Shown here piece by piece: positions 49,786-57,734 of a DNA stretch of 64,000 nt (position 1 is its first letter; each line of letters starts with the position of its first letter). The notes beneath the pieces are model-generated. The model saw only the letters and a list, made by a program, of their open reading frames with translations, was not told the DNA's origin and did not search any database. The position numbers were made by a program, and so were the translations under genes. The stretch lies in the IMG/VR virus record IMGVR_UViG_3300024257_000004. One strand, 5' to 3'. The stretch is from a virus (Duplodnaviria; Heunggongvirae; Uroviricota; Caudoviricetes; Schitoviridae).

Positions 49786-50036
49786 AATAGCTCCTTTATT
49801 GTTTATAGGTGGTTTAGAGTTTTTTCTTAATTGGCACTTTTTAAAAAAATAAACGCTTTATAGTTCCATAGGGTCGTAATTAATTAACAATTTGTAAAAA
49901 AACTGAGTATTTTGACTCTAGGTCTGCCATTAATTCTTCCATCTGTCCGATAGTTACTTCTCCTATGTATTCCACATGGTCGGTATAGTGAATTGTACAT
50001 ATTCCGTTGATGACTTTTACTGTAATTGGTTCCATT

Positions 50037-50624
50037 TTATAATCCTTTTAAAAGTATTGGTAGTGCTTCAAGATGTTTATCTTTCTGCTTCTGTGAGTCT
50101 GTGTAAGCCATATCATGGAACATACTTACTATTTTCACTTTAGTTGCTAGTTTATTACGTGCTATACCTTTAATATATTCAAGATATGTTTGGTTTGACT
50201 GCTTAGTTAGTAAACTTAGTGCATGATACGCATTTTCAAATATAATATAGGCTTCACCTTTATATATTTTGATAAAACTATACCCTGATTCAGTGGAATG
50301 CAATAATTTCGCTTCCGTATATTTAAATAGGCCATGTAATACAGCTACTATCTTCTCTTCTTCTGTATCCATCATGTTCATAACTGCTAATGGATGAGTA
50401 ATGTAAGGTTCTACTGTATACCATTGTTTGTAATTAGTGCAATATGTAAGCATACTCTTGTTTGGCAGCGCTAGATATTCTCCTACTAGGGAACCATACA
50501 TCATATCTGACATTTGTTCATCTGTAATTAATTCACCTGGGCCTTGTCTTAGGTATTTAGGTCGTTTCCATTGCCCCTCATGTGCTTTCGTTGCTAATTC
50601 AATAGCTTGTGGTAATGTAACCAT
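50037..50624 (-). CDS. RelA/SpoT-family HD-domain protein (small alarmone hydrolase-like; catalytic HD appears as HG)
   Basis: 195 aa with ATKAHEGQWKRPKY and EPYITHPLAVMNMM, matching the SpoT hydrolase motifs AxxAHxGQxRK and EPYITHPxAV. The expected LHD motif reads LHG. Confidence 0.6.
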   Translation of the reverse strand: MVTLPQAIELATKAHEGQWKRPKYLRQGPGELITDEQMSDMMYGSLVGEYLALPNKSMLTYCTNYKQWYTVEPYITHPLAVMNMMDTEEEKIVAVLHGLFKYTEAKLLHSTESGYSFIKIYKGEAYIIFENAYHALSLLTKQSNQTYLEYIKGIARNKLATKVKIVSMFHDMAYTDSQKQKDKHLEALPILLKGL

Positions 50625-50637
50625 TCTATATTTCCTT

Positions 50638-51093
50638 TTATTTTATTGGGTATTGTGTTGTTCTATCGTAACCTAGCCTACCATGGATGTGCTGATGGCA
50701 GTCACGGCATACTAGGTTTAGATCTGATAAATCTTCTGAGCCTAGACGTTCATAAGTATTATGGTGTACCTCTAAAGATTCTGGGTTGCCGCAGCACTCA
50801 CACTTGCTGTCGTGTAGTATATACATAAGATCTTGTAGTGTCTTCCACTTTGAGGATTTAAGATACTCTCGCTTCTCTTTAGCTGACATGTACTGATTAC
50901 CTGCGGTGTACGTGTCTGGTATGGTACCATTATACTCATCCTGGCTACTGTCTATAGTTGAGTAATATACATTGTAACATATTAATAAAAAAATAAATAA
51001 AACAGGCAGCATAGTTATAGTCTGTAAAGTTATAATAAATATAATAAACACAGAAACTACAAGTAAGTAGTATTGAAATTGATTCTTAATCAT
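50638..51093 (-). CDS. HNH endonuclease with N-terminal transmembrane segments
   Basis: 151 aa. The C-terminus CECCGNPESLEVHHNTYERLGSEDLSDLNLVCRDCHQHIH is an HNH motif. The N-terminal 40 aa are hydrophobic. Confidence 0.65.
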   Translation of the reverse strand: MIKNQFQYYLLVVSVFIIFIITLQTITMLPVLFIFLLICYNVYYSTIDSSQDEYNGTIPDTYTAGNQYMSAKEKREYLKSSKWKTLQDLMYILHDSKCECCGNPESLEVHHNTYERLGSEDLSDLNLVCRDCHQHIHGRLGYDRTTQYPIK

Positions 51094-51134
51094 AATTAAC
51101 CCTTTTACTCTCTTATAGACTTAAAAAAAAAATA

Positions 51135-51167
51135 ACCACAATACTCAATTAAGAGTATTGTGGTTAA
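51135..51167 (-). terminator. Rho-independent terminator (13-bp stem) followed by a U-run on the minus strand
   Basis: AACCACAATACTC-AATTAA-GAGTATTGTGGTT is flanked by A10 on the plus strand (U-run on the minus transcript). It lies downstream of the RNA polymerase gene. Confidence 0.6.
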
Positions 51168-51198
51168 TAAGTCATCTGTTGTATAAAACAAAAAAAAA

Positions 51199-51222
51199 TA
51201 AGCATACACTGTTACGTGTATG
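51199..51222 (-). terminator. Second tandem terminator hairpin with U-run
   Basis: GCATACAC-TGTTAC-GTGTATGC is preceded on the plus strand by CAAAAAAAAATAA. Confidence 0.5.
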
Positions 51223-51234
51223 CTGTTTATAAGG

Positions 51235-53163
51235 TTATTTAAGTGCCATAGGGTCACACTTAAAGTCAGTTGTTAGAGGGTTAATTTGTTTACTAAGTTT
51301 TTGCCATTCCTTCATAGCATTACTGTTAAGTCTGATAGATTTGAAGTAATTATTCAGAATAGCTTCTCTATCTGCGTATACATCTTCTATTTTAGTTGCG
51401 TATAGTTCTCTAGTTTGTTGCGCATGTACAGGAGATACTATAAATGCGTCGTGTATAGTTAAAGCCCAAGGTAAAGCTTCACCGATTGAGTCAGCAATTT
51501 GACTATCAAGGTTATGTATTAGTAGTGTTTGGAAGTATCTTTTGAACTGTTTTAAGTCTGGTACTTTATGCGTATGTGTATGCGCTATGGCAAGTACAGA
51601 TCTATCAGCAGTAGAGTAGATAGGGTATCTTCTAGTGTAGTCTCCTACATTCTTGAATTTATTACAAGATATAGTAAATTCTTCATTCCAAATCTTTACA
51701 TCCATACTTTGAGATGGTTGTGCGTTATCAATTACCATGTTCTTGAAGTCATTAGCTACTGCGTAGAAGCCGTTCTTTACTTCGAAAGACATTAATGCTA
51801 ACTGCTTAGTAGTGTAGTCTAATCCTTTCTTATCCCAAAGAGTTTTAACTGTCTGAGATGAACCGTATAATGTAGGTGTAGCGTACGACTTAACTTGTAA
51901 CCTACTGATATTGTCTAAATGCCAAGGATCAGTGATACCAGTGTTAGTTAATACGTTAGTTGCTTCCATATAAGGTGTGTGGTTAAGTAATACACCAGTA
52001 AGTTGAAGCATAGATGCTGATGCGTCTAACTCAATAGGTACGTAAGAGTAGAAAGGTTCATCAGTATTTCTACTAAAGAATGCATCTAGCTCGTCATACA
52101 ATCTTTCTAGCCAAATTAGCTCGTGTAATTCACTTCTGTCATGGTCAGCTCGTGCTATTTCAGCCGTAACTTCATCGTCAGTCATGAACGAAGTTAATAC
52201 TTCTTGACAGTCTAGCTTAGGTAATTCTCTGTTTTTATACATTTCTTTACCGATTCTAGCCTTATCCTGTTCACTATCGCAGAATTTAGTACCATTTAGT
52301 TCAGCAATAAATAAGTAGATTGCATGTGTATACGCTCTTGCTTCTTTGAATGAGTTTGTTGGTACTAACGTAGCTGGATTAATAAGTAATGCTCTCGCAT
52401 CTTTGAATCCAATAGGGTTAAATACTTTCTTAAGTGCGTTAGATATAGCTCTACCTCTAGAGTCGTTGTAGTTAGCTCCAAGTGTAAACTCTTCTTCTGA
52501 GTACATATGGTAGTCAACGATATCTTTAGATATAGAATTATAATCTGCTCCATCTTCTACTAGTTCGTGTATTTCAGCAACTTTTCTCATAGATTTAGTT
52601 ACATTCATAACTATTGCATCATAGTACTTATATAAGTAATCTGTGTCATACTTAAAAGAGTTAGTTCCTGTAGTAGCGAACCCGTTTCTTGTAAGTCCAG
52701 TGTCTAACACTCTACCGTTTTGCTTAGTTAGGTTAGCGGCTGCGATATTTGGTTTATACTCTAGTTTATACTTGTTAAACTTAATAGCTTTTCTGATATT
52801 AGTAATAACTTCTTGAGGTACTACTTCTAGTAGTTTAGCTTCTACTAACTCTATTTCAGCCCAGTGTCTAGCTGGTACTACAATAGAGTTAATCCAACCT
52901 GCATCACTTAAATTCTTAAGGAATTGGTTGAATACTTTAGGATCTTCAAATTTATCATACCAGTAAGTAGTAGATATTGTAGATTTATTCTTAAGGTAGT
53001 TAGTCCATAGGTTCTTCCACATACTCTCCATTAGTTGTGTTGGTTCTTTGATTAAGTCTAATACTTCTACCGGAAAGCTTAGTTTACCTTGCTCTAGTTC
53101 TAATCTGAACTGCACTCTCTGCGCTAATCTTTGTTTTACTGTTGATATTACATTTACTGACAT
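51235..53163 (-). CDS. Single-subunit DNA-dependent RNA polymerase (T7-like / N4 RNAPII-like), 642 aa
   Basis: Motif A is LDASASMLQ (T7 DGSCSGIQH). Motif B is VKSYATPTLYGSS (T7 KRSVMTLAYGS). Motif C is LTIHDAFIV (T7 LIHDSFGT). The size is close to the fused N4 RNAPII p4 plus p7 (673 aa). Confidence 0.75.
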   Translation of the reverse strand: MSVNVISTVKQRLAQRVQFRLELEQGKLSFPVEVLDLIKEPTQLMESMWKNLWTNYLKNKSTISTTYWYDKFEDPKVFNQFLKNLSDAGWINSIVVPARHWAEIELVEAKLLEVVPQEVITNIRKAIKFNKYKLEYKPNIAAANLTKQNGRVLDTGLTRNGFATTGTNSFKYDTDYLYKYYDAIVMNVTKSMRKVAEIHELVEDGADYNSISKDIVDYHMYSEEEFTLGANYNDSRGRAISNALKKVFNPIGFKDARALLINPATLVPTNSFKEARAYTHAIYLFIAELNGTKFCDSEQDKARIGKEMYKNRELPKLDCQEVLTSFMTDDEVTAEIARADHDRSELHELIWLERLYDELDAFFSRNTDEPFYSYVPIELDASASMLQLTGVLLNHTPYMEATNVLTNTGITDPWHLDNISRLQVKSYATPTLYGSSQTVKTLWDKKGLDYTTKQLALMSFEVKNGFYAVANDFKNMVIDNAQPSQSMDVKIWNEEFTISCNKFKNVGDYTRRYPIYSTADRSVLAIAHTHTHKVPDLKQFKRYFQTLLIHNLDSQIADSIGEALPWALTIHDAFIVSPVHAQQTRELYATKIEDVYADREAILNNYFKSIRLNSNAMKEWQKLSKQINPLTTDFKCDPMALK

Positions 53164-53225
53164 TCTGTATTCCTTATAAGTTGTTAAATAGTTCTAGCAC
53201 GACTGGCTAGAATGCCAGTGCGGTG

Positions 53226-53882
53226 TTATGCTGTTTTATACACGATATCTGCTACTTCATCATTGTTAGATGGGTCCAGTAGTTTGTTGTCCTCATATTG
53301 AGTATTAGCTTTTATTACAGCTTTGTCTTCAAGCACTTGTAGTTTGTCCTGATTGATTTGACTAAAGTTCACTGCTGCTAATCCGATTTCTCTTGCTACT
53401 GTTTCTAAGATTGCTCTCATTTCGTGGGCATTGCCTATAGCGCCTGGTACTACTGATCCAGTTAATTTGTCGAAGTAAGTATTTCTACCTGCTACGTCTG
53501 GGAATGCATTAGCTCTCAGTTCTAGTGTACTAGCGAAGTACGATAATTCTGGGTTAAGAGCTATAGCTTCATTTAGAGCTTCTCTACCAGCTTTCTTCTG
53601 GAATTGGATTGTTCTAATAGCTCCGATTAGTGCATTTGCTTGAGTACCGAAGTTAAATTCTTGGTATCTTGCGAAATGCCTATCACTAATGCTGTCCAGC
53701 GGTTTAGTTATTGCTAATAGCACGGCGTCATCCGCCAGTGTTACTTGATCATTAACGTACTTGTCCGAGTTGATGTAGTTAAGCTCATTTTCTAGTTTGA
53801 TTACCTCTATTCTCTCTGTTGCTTCTACTTTTCTAGCCTTACTTGCTTCATTGATCTTGTTGATTAATTCTTGTTTTGTCAT
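53226..53882 (-). CDS. Hypothetical protein
   Basis: 218-aa ORF. Confidence 0.5.
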   Translation of the reverse strand: MTKQELINKINEASKARKVEATERIEVIKLENELNYINSDKYVNDQVTLADDAVLLAITKPLDSISDRHFARYQEFNFGTQANALIGAIRTIQFQKKAGREALNEAIALNPELSYFASTLELRANAFPDVAGRNTYFDKLTGSVVPGAIGNAHEMRAILETVAREIGLAAVNFSQINQDKLQVLEDKAVIKANTQYEDNKLLDPSNNDEVADIVYKTA

Positions 53883-53974
53883 GTGTTTAATTCCTGTGTT
53901 TATTTTATTTGTTAGTATTCTATCACTTTGTTATGATATACCAGGTGTACGGCTAGTTTTTTGACAGTTACGGT

Positions 53975-53993
53975 CATATCATAAATTAACGGT
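53975..53993 (-). promoter_or_regulatory. Conserved intergenic motif copy a (TCATATCATAAATTAACGG), candidate phage promoter
   Basis: Shares the 14-nt core ATCATAAATTAACG with three other intergenic sites. It lies about 95 nt upstream of the leftward gene starting at 53882. Confidence 0.4.
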
Positions 53994-54007
53994 AAAGTAC
54001 GATGTAC

Positions 54008-54241
54008 TTAGTTGTTAATTATCTTAGCTTCTGGGTTATGTTGTGCCCAGTTACCACTATCCAGTTCTTGCATTAGTTCTGGGTAGTTACTATATAGCTT
54101 GTCTATCATCTTCTCTTTGATATAAGTTTCTATATTTCTATCGAAGTTGATGCTACCGTTTATATACATCGATAACGTACACTTTCTGTGTTCATCGTAA
54201 AATGTCATACCAGTTAGCGGGTGCATTGTTTGTAATTTCAT
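54008..54241 (-). CDS. Hypothetical protein (start at internal Met with AGGAGA RBS)
   Basis: 77 aa. The ATG at 54241 (MKLQTMHPLTG...) overlaps the upstream stop (ATGA). Confidence 0.45.
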   Translation of the reverse strand: MKLQTMHPLTGMTFYDEHRKCTLSMYINGSINFDRNIETYIKEKMIDKLYSNYPELMQELDSGNWAQHNPEAKIINN

Positions 54242-54489
54242 TATATATCTCCTATAATGTCTGATAAGTCTTCTAGTTCTATCGGCAGTTCCCATAGAAT
54301 ATCCTTGAATGCTGCACTCGTTTTGAATTCACTGTCTGCTGTCCATACTTGTGCACAAGCGAACTCAAACGATTCTGGATTATCGGATATATCCCATTCT
54401 AGGTATTCAGCGTACAGTTCTTGTAGTTTCTCATTATTCTCTCCGACAAACGTTTCTAGGTCGTCTATTCGGTAATATTTAGTTTTCAT
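54241..54489 (-). CDS. Hypothetical acidic protein
   Basis: 82-aa ORF. Confidence 0.45.
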   Translation of the reverse strand: MKTKYYRIDDLETFVGENNEKLQELYAEYLEWDISDNPESFEFACAQVWTADSEFKTSAAFKDILWELPIELEDLSDIIGDI

Positions 54490-54552
54490 TAGTTAATCCT
54501 CTCTATAAAGTATATTGTTAGTGTTACTATAAACATTGTTAGCAGTATGTTG

Positions 54553-54783
54553 TTAGTCATTAGATATTTCCTTAGTATTTAGTTTATGTTGAAAGTATAG
54601 TGGTGCTTCAAAAGCTTTTACAGCTAGCATCCTATCTTCCTCAGTAATTTCTATACCCAGTTGGATAGACATAACTTCTACAGGTACACTGTGTAAGTCC
54701 ATCTCATAGATGTCCAGTATTACCTGTTCAGCTTCTTCTAATGTTACACTAGGTTCAGCTGGTTTAATATCGAATATATTCAT
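54553..54783 (-). CDS. Hypothetical protein
   Basis: 76-aa ORF. Confidence 0.4.
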   Translation of the reverse strand: MNIFDIKPAEPSVTLEEAEQVILDIYEMDLHSVPVEVMSIQLGIEITEEDRMLAVKAFEAPLYFQHKLNTKEISND

Positions 54784-54786
54784 AGA

Positions 54787-55128
54787 TTAAGCTCCTACTA
54801 TTTGCTCTATTGTTGGAACTTTGTGTAGTTCCCACCACTCCGACCCATCATACTCATCTCGAGTAAGCCACGTACCGTTGTTTAGCAGTACCGTCCCAGT
54901 TAGGTGTTGCACACCATACCCAGAGTCGTACTCTAGATCTGCTGGGATAGTGCAGTTGTCTATCTCTATCCCTTTAATCTCTAAGGCACGAATTAGTAAT
55001 GACTCCCCATTATCCGTACCTGATTTGTAGTTAGGATTGGAAATGCTTAGGCGCATGCTATATGCTACTATGTCACTTAGCTGTGCTGGACTGATAGCGT
55101 CTTTTAATTCTTGTAGTACGTTTGTCAT
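54787..55128 (-). CDS. Hypothetical protein
   Basis: 113-aa ORF. Confidence 0.45.
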   Translation of the reverse strand: MTNVLQELKDAISPAQLSDIVAYSMRLSISNPNYKSGTDNGESLLIRALEIKGIEIDNCTIPADLEYDSGYGVQHLTGTVLLNNGTWLTRDEYDGSEWWELHKVPTIEQIVGA

Positions 55129-55567
55129 GTTATGCTCCTTAAGCTCACCTATGGTATAATAGGTATGGTCCTAGTTACTTACTAGGTGGTATGGTTTATA
55201 GTTGGACTATAGTAGTATTATTGGTGTGGTACATGGTGGTAGTTGAGGTTATTCTGAAGAGTAGGTTGTAAAATCCGCTGTAGCCAGTCCTCTCTCATCG
55301 CTATAAGGACGTAATTCGAAGTATTCGTAACGAACATTGCTCGAAGTCGTATCGCTTTGCTAGGTATAACTACGGAGCTGTAATAGAGTCTCTCTTTTTG
55401 GATTTACTCTCTTACCTGTGAAGAGAAGGTGAGGACTTACGTCCTACTGTTGATTGCTCTAGCTTCTTCTAGGCTACTACATACTGTTCCGTTGTTCGCT
55501 ATCCATATCATGTTTTCTCCTTTAGATTAGTTGTTAGTACAATACTCCGAAGAGTACTGCGTAATTA

Positions 55568-55840
55568 CTACGAATTAGTAGCTGGTTTGTTCATGTTTCT
55601 AAGGAGGTCTTCGATTTCCTTGTTAGTTACTACGTTATCTATATTGTTTATAGAGTCGAATTGCTCACTACGCTTTTCAGCGTTCATTATCAGCACGTCG
55701 TTTCTGTACGTCTTTAAACTATCATCAGCTGTCACATTTACTGTATCTACTACAGTTTCAGCAGTTGATGCTAATCCTTTGATCGAGTCTTTGAACCAAA
55801 ATAGTAAGAATAGTCCCGCAATTAATATTAGTGTTTCCAT
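55568..55840 (-). CDS. Small membrane protein
   Basis: 90 aa with an N-terminal transmembrane helix (METLILIAGLFLLFWF). Confidence 0.45.
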   Translation of the reverse strand: METLILIAGLFLLFWFKDSIKGLASTAETVVDTVNVTADDSLKTYRNDVLIMNAEKRSEQFDSINNIDNVVTNKEIEDLLRNMNKPATNS

Positions 55841-55930
55841 GTTGTTGTCCTTTGTTGATATTAGTTAGTACTTAGCTATTGTACTAAGCTGTGGTTGTCC
55901 CTGATGGACGTAGTTAGCTACTAATTTAGC

Positions 55931-55950
55931 CTTATCATAAATTAACGCAG
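55931..55950 (-). promoter_or_regulatory. Conserved intergenic motif copy b (CTTATCATAAATTAACGCAG)
   Basis: Same 20-nt motif. It sits in a roughly 60-nt tandem duplicated unit upstream of the gene starting at 55840. Confidence 0.4.
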
Positions 55951-55990
55951 CTGTACGTTGTACTAAGTGCTGTTGTTAGTAGTAATTAGT

Positions 55991-56010
55991 CTTATCATAA
56001 ATTGACGAAG
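55991..56010 (-). promoter_or_regulatory. Conserved intergenic motif copy c (CTTATCATAAATTGACGAAG)
   Basis: The second copy in the tandem duplication. The flanking GTACTAAGTGCYTGTTG is also repeated (55963 and 56057). Confidence 0.4.
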
Positions 56011-56107
56011 GTGTACCGTACGTTGAGTGACGAGCTAGTACTATTACGTCGTACTAAGTGCCTGTTGTACTCTCTTGTACCCCTTACTAAAAACAAAGAG
56101 ATAGACC

Positions 56108-56389
56108 CTAAAGGTCTATTTCGATGTTTGTCGGTGCTGGATTATTAAGACGGTGTCTTACTAGTCCGCATATGTGAGGACCGTCGTCTTCACCGTATAG
56201 CTCCTCGAGCGTTTGTCCATTCAGTTTTTGACTGAATAGGATGCCGTATTGTACGGCCTTGTCTTTACTTGTAAAGTCAGCGTAAGCTGGTTGGTTGATT
56301 AGAGAGTTAGCGATCTTATCAGCAATTGTGTATTTAGTTTTTAATTCCATTCGAAATCCTTTTAGTATGTAGTTTTGGGTTAGAAACAA
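56108..56389 (-). CDS. Hypothetical protein
   Basis: 93 aa. It is the last gene of the leftward block. Confidence 0.45.
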   Translation of the reverse strand: MFLTQNYILKGFRMELKTKYTIADKIANSLINQPAYADFTSKDKAVQYGILFSQKLNGQTLEELYGEDDGPHICGLVRHRLNNPAPTNIEIDL

Positions 56390-56447
56390 TGCAGGTGGTC
56401 CTCGCCTTGCTCACGCAGGAGAATCTTTAGATTATTCCTTATCATAA

Positions 56448-56467
56448 ATTAACGAAGCGTAGCGTAG
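56448..56467 (-). promoter_or_regulatory. Conserved intergenic motif copy d (CTTATCATAAATTAACGAAG)
   Basis: Lies 60 nt upstream of the leftward gene starting at 56389. It is an exact match to the consensus. Confidence 0.4.
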
Positions 56468-56801
56468 GAAAAAGGGTCCCTTTTCTGGAAGAAACTTGAC
56501 CGGGGGGTACTTGTTCTGGGAGCAGGCTCCAAGCAGGTATACTGCCCACATTCAGAGAATTATAAAAATCAGTAAAAACAAAACTTAAACCAACCTTAAA
56601 CACCCCCTCCTGTACATAAGCCTTGAGGTTTTCCTGTAGTACCACGACTGAGCGAGTCCTGCTCGAATCGTAGGAGCACACGAAGAAGCGCAGCGACTGA
56701 GTAGTGCAACGGAGATTGAGTAAAGGATGAGTCGAAAGAGTGTGTACGGAATGGAAAATCGAATAGGCGTCCCTTCGGCAAAGATTAAGATTTCACCTAA
56801 T

Positions 56802-56937
56802 CGGGGTCAACTACTATAATATAACAGTACCTACCAGAAAAATAGAACATAACAGGGGTCGTGTACCCGATGAACACCGAAAAGTACCCTAAATAGTTAG
56901 AGTTATAAGGTACAAACAAGGGTCGTTATGTTATAAT
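56802..56937 (+). promoter_or_regulatory. Tandem promoter-like modules GGGTC-N6/7-TATAAT (56802-56820 and 56920-56937) upstream of the rightward operon
   Basis: A(A/C)AGGGGTCG(T) is repeated at 56802, 56851 and 56916. Copies 1 and 3 are followed at fixed spacing by TATAAT (56815-56820, 56932-56937). The second box lies about 28 nt before the RBS and ATG at 56966. Confidence 0.4.
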
Positions 56938-56965
56938 GGTACATATATTAGATAAAGGGGTTGAT

Positions 56966-57691
56966 ATGACAGATGTAAAAACTAGAGCTGGTACTGATGG
57001 AGCATTTCCTATTAATGAAGAATTAGCTGGGTTAGTTCCTATGGCTATTGCTAGTGAACAAGCTGTACTTACAATGGATATAAACGAACATGGTCAACGT
57101 GAGCCTATAGTGTTATGGAAAGGTGAGGTAGTAGATGGCCGGTGTAGACAAAAGGCGCTTATAACATTAGGTAAAGACTTGTATTATAAGGAATTAGATA
57201 GTGCTCTTACTGAGGATGAAGTGAAGATATTCGTTAAGAGTGTGAATACTAGACGAAACCTAACACAGACGCAGAAGATAATGAGCGCTTGTAGAGATTC
57301 CCTTAAGTCTAATAGTAAGTCAATAGTTGATACAGCTAAAGCCTGGGGTATTGGTGATAAGACTTTGAAGAATGCTAGATACGTAGCTAAGCAACGTCCT
57401 GAGTTCATAGATCCACTGTTCAATGGTAAGACTGTTACTATAGTTAATGTGAAAGGTGAGGAGATCGAAAGTAATAAGATCACAGCGATTTATGCTTTTA
57501 TTAAGAGGTTAGAGGAAGCAGTTATTGAGGATGTGGAGCATGCTTGGGATGAAAGGGCTGCTATCAAGACGCAAGCTGGAAAAGAGTGGTATTATAAACA
57601 AATGTCTGATATACAGGACTACGGTGACGTTAAAGCTAAGATGCTTATCGCAGAATTAGCGAATTATAAGTTTAAACAGAATAAAGATTAA
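56966..57691 (+). CDS. ParB-like nuclease domain protein
   Basis: GQREPIVLWKGEVVDGRCRQKA matches the ParB/Srx motif (PIvV....liDGhhRl.A). The start is AAAGGGG-N5-ATG at 56966; the ATG at 56936 in the track lacks an RBS. Confidence 0.6.
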   Translation: MTDVKTRAGTDGAFPINEELAGLVPMAIASEQAVLTMDINEHGQREPIVLWKGEVVDGRCRQKALITLGKDLYYKELDSALTEDEVKIFVKSVNTRRNLTQTQKIMSACRDSLKSNSKSIVDTAKAWGIGDKTLKNARYVAKQRPEFIDPLFNGKTVTIVNVKGEEIESNKITAIYAFIKRLEEAVIEDVEHAWDERAAIKTQAGKEWYYKQMSDIQDYGDVKAKMLIAELANYKFKQNKD

Positions 57692-57734
57692 GGTGTATAA
57701 CGATATACTGTTATCATAATTACATAGGAGAACC

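Noticed and set aside
55900-56110. Possible CRISPR-like array suggested by repeated about 20-nt elements
   Set aside because: There are only two to three copies, with unequal spacing, inside a simple tandem duplication of about 60 nt. There are no cas genes and no regular repeat-spacer periodicity. The elements are interpreted as duplicated promoter units.
56442-56781. Two overlapping minus-strand ORFs (79 and 61 aa) in the divergent intergenic region
   Set aside because: They have no RBS, overlap each other, and are Arg/Ser/Pro-rich. The region behaves as regulatory, repeat-containing DNA.
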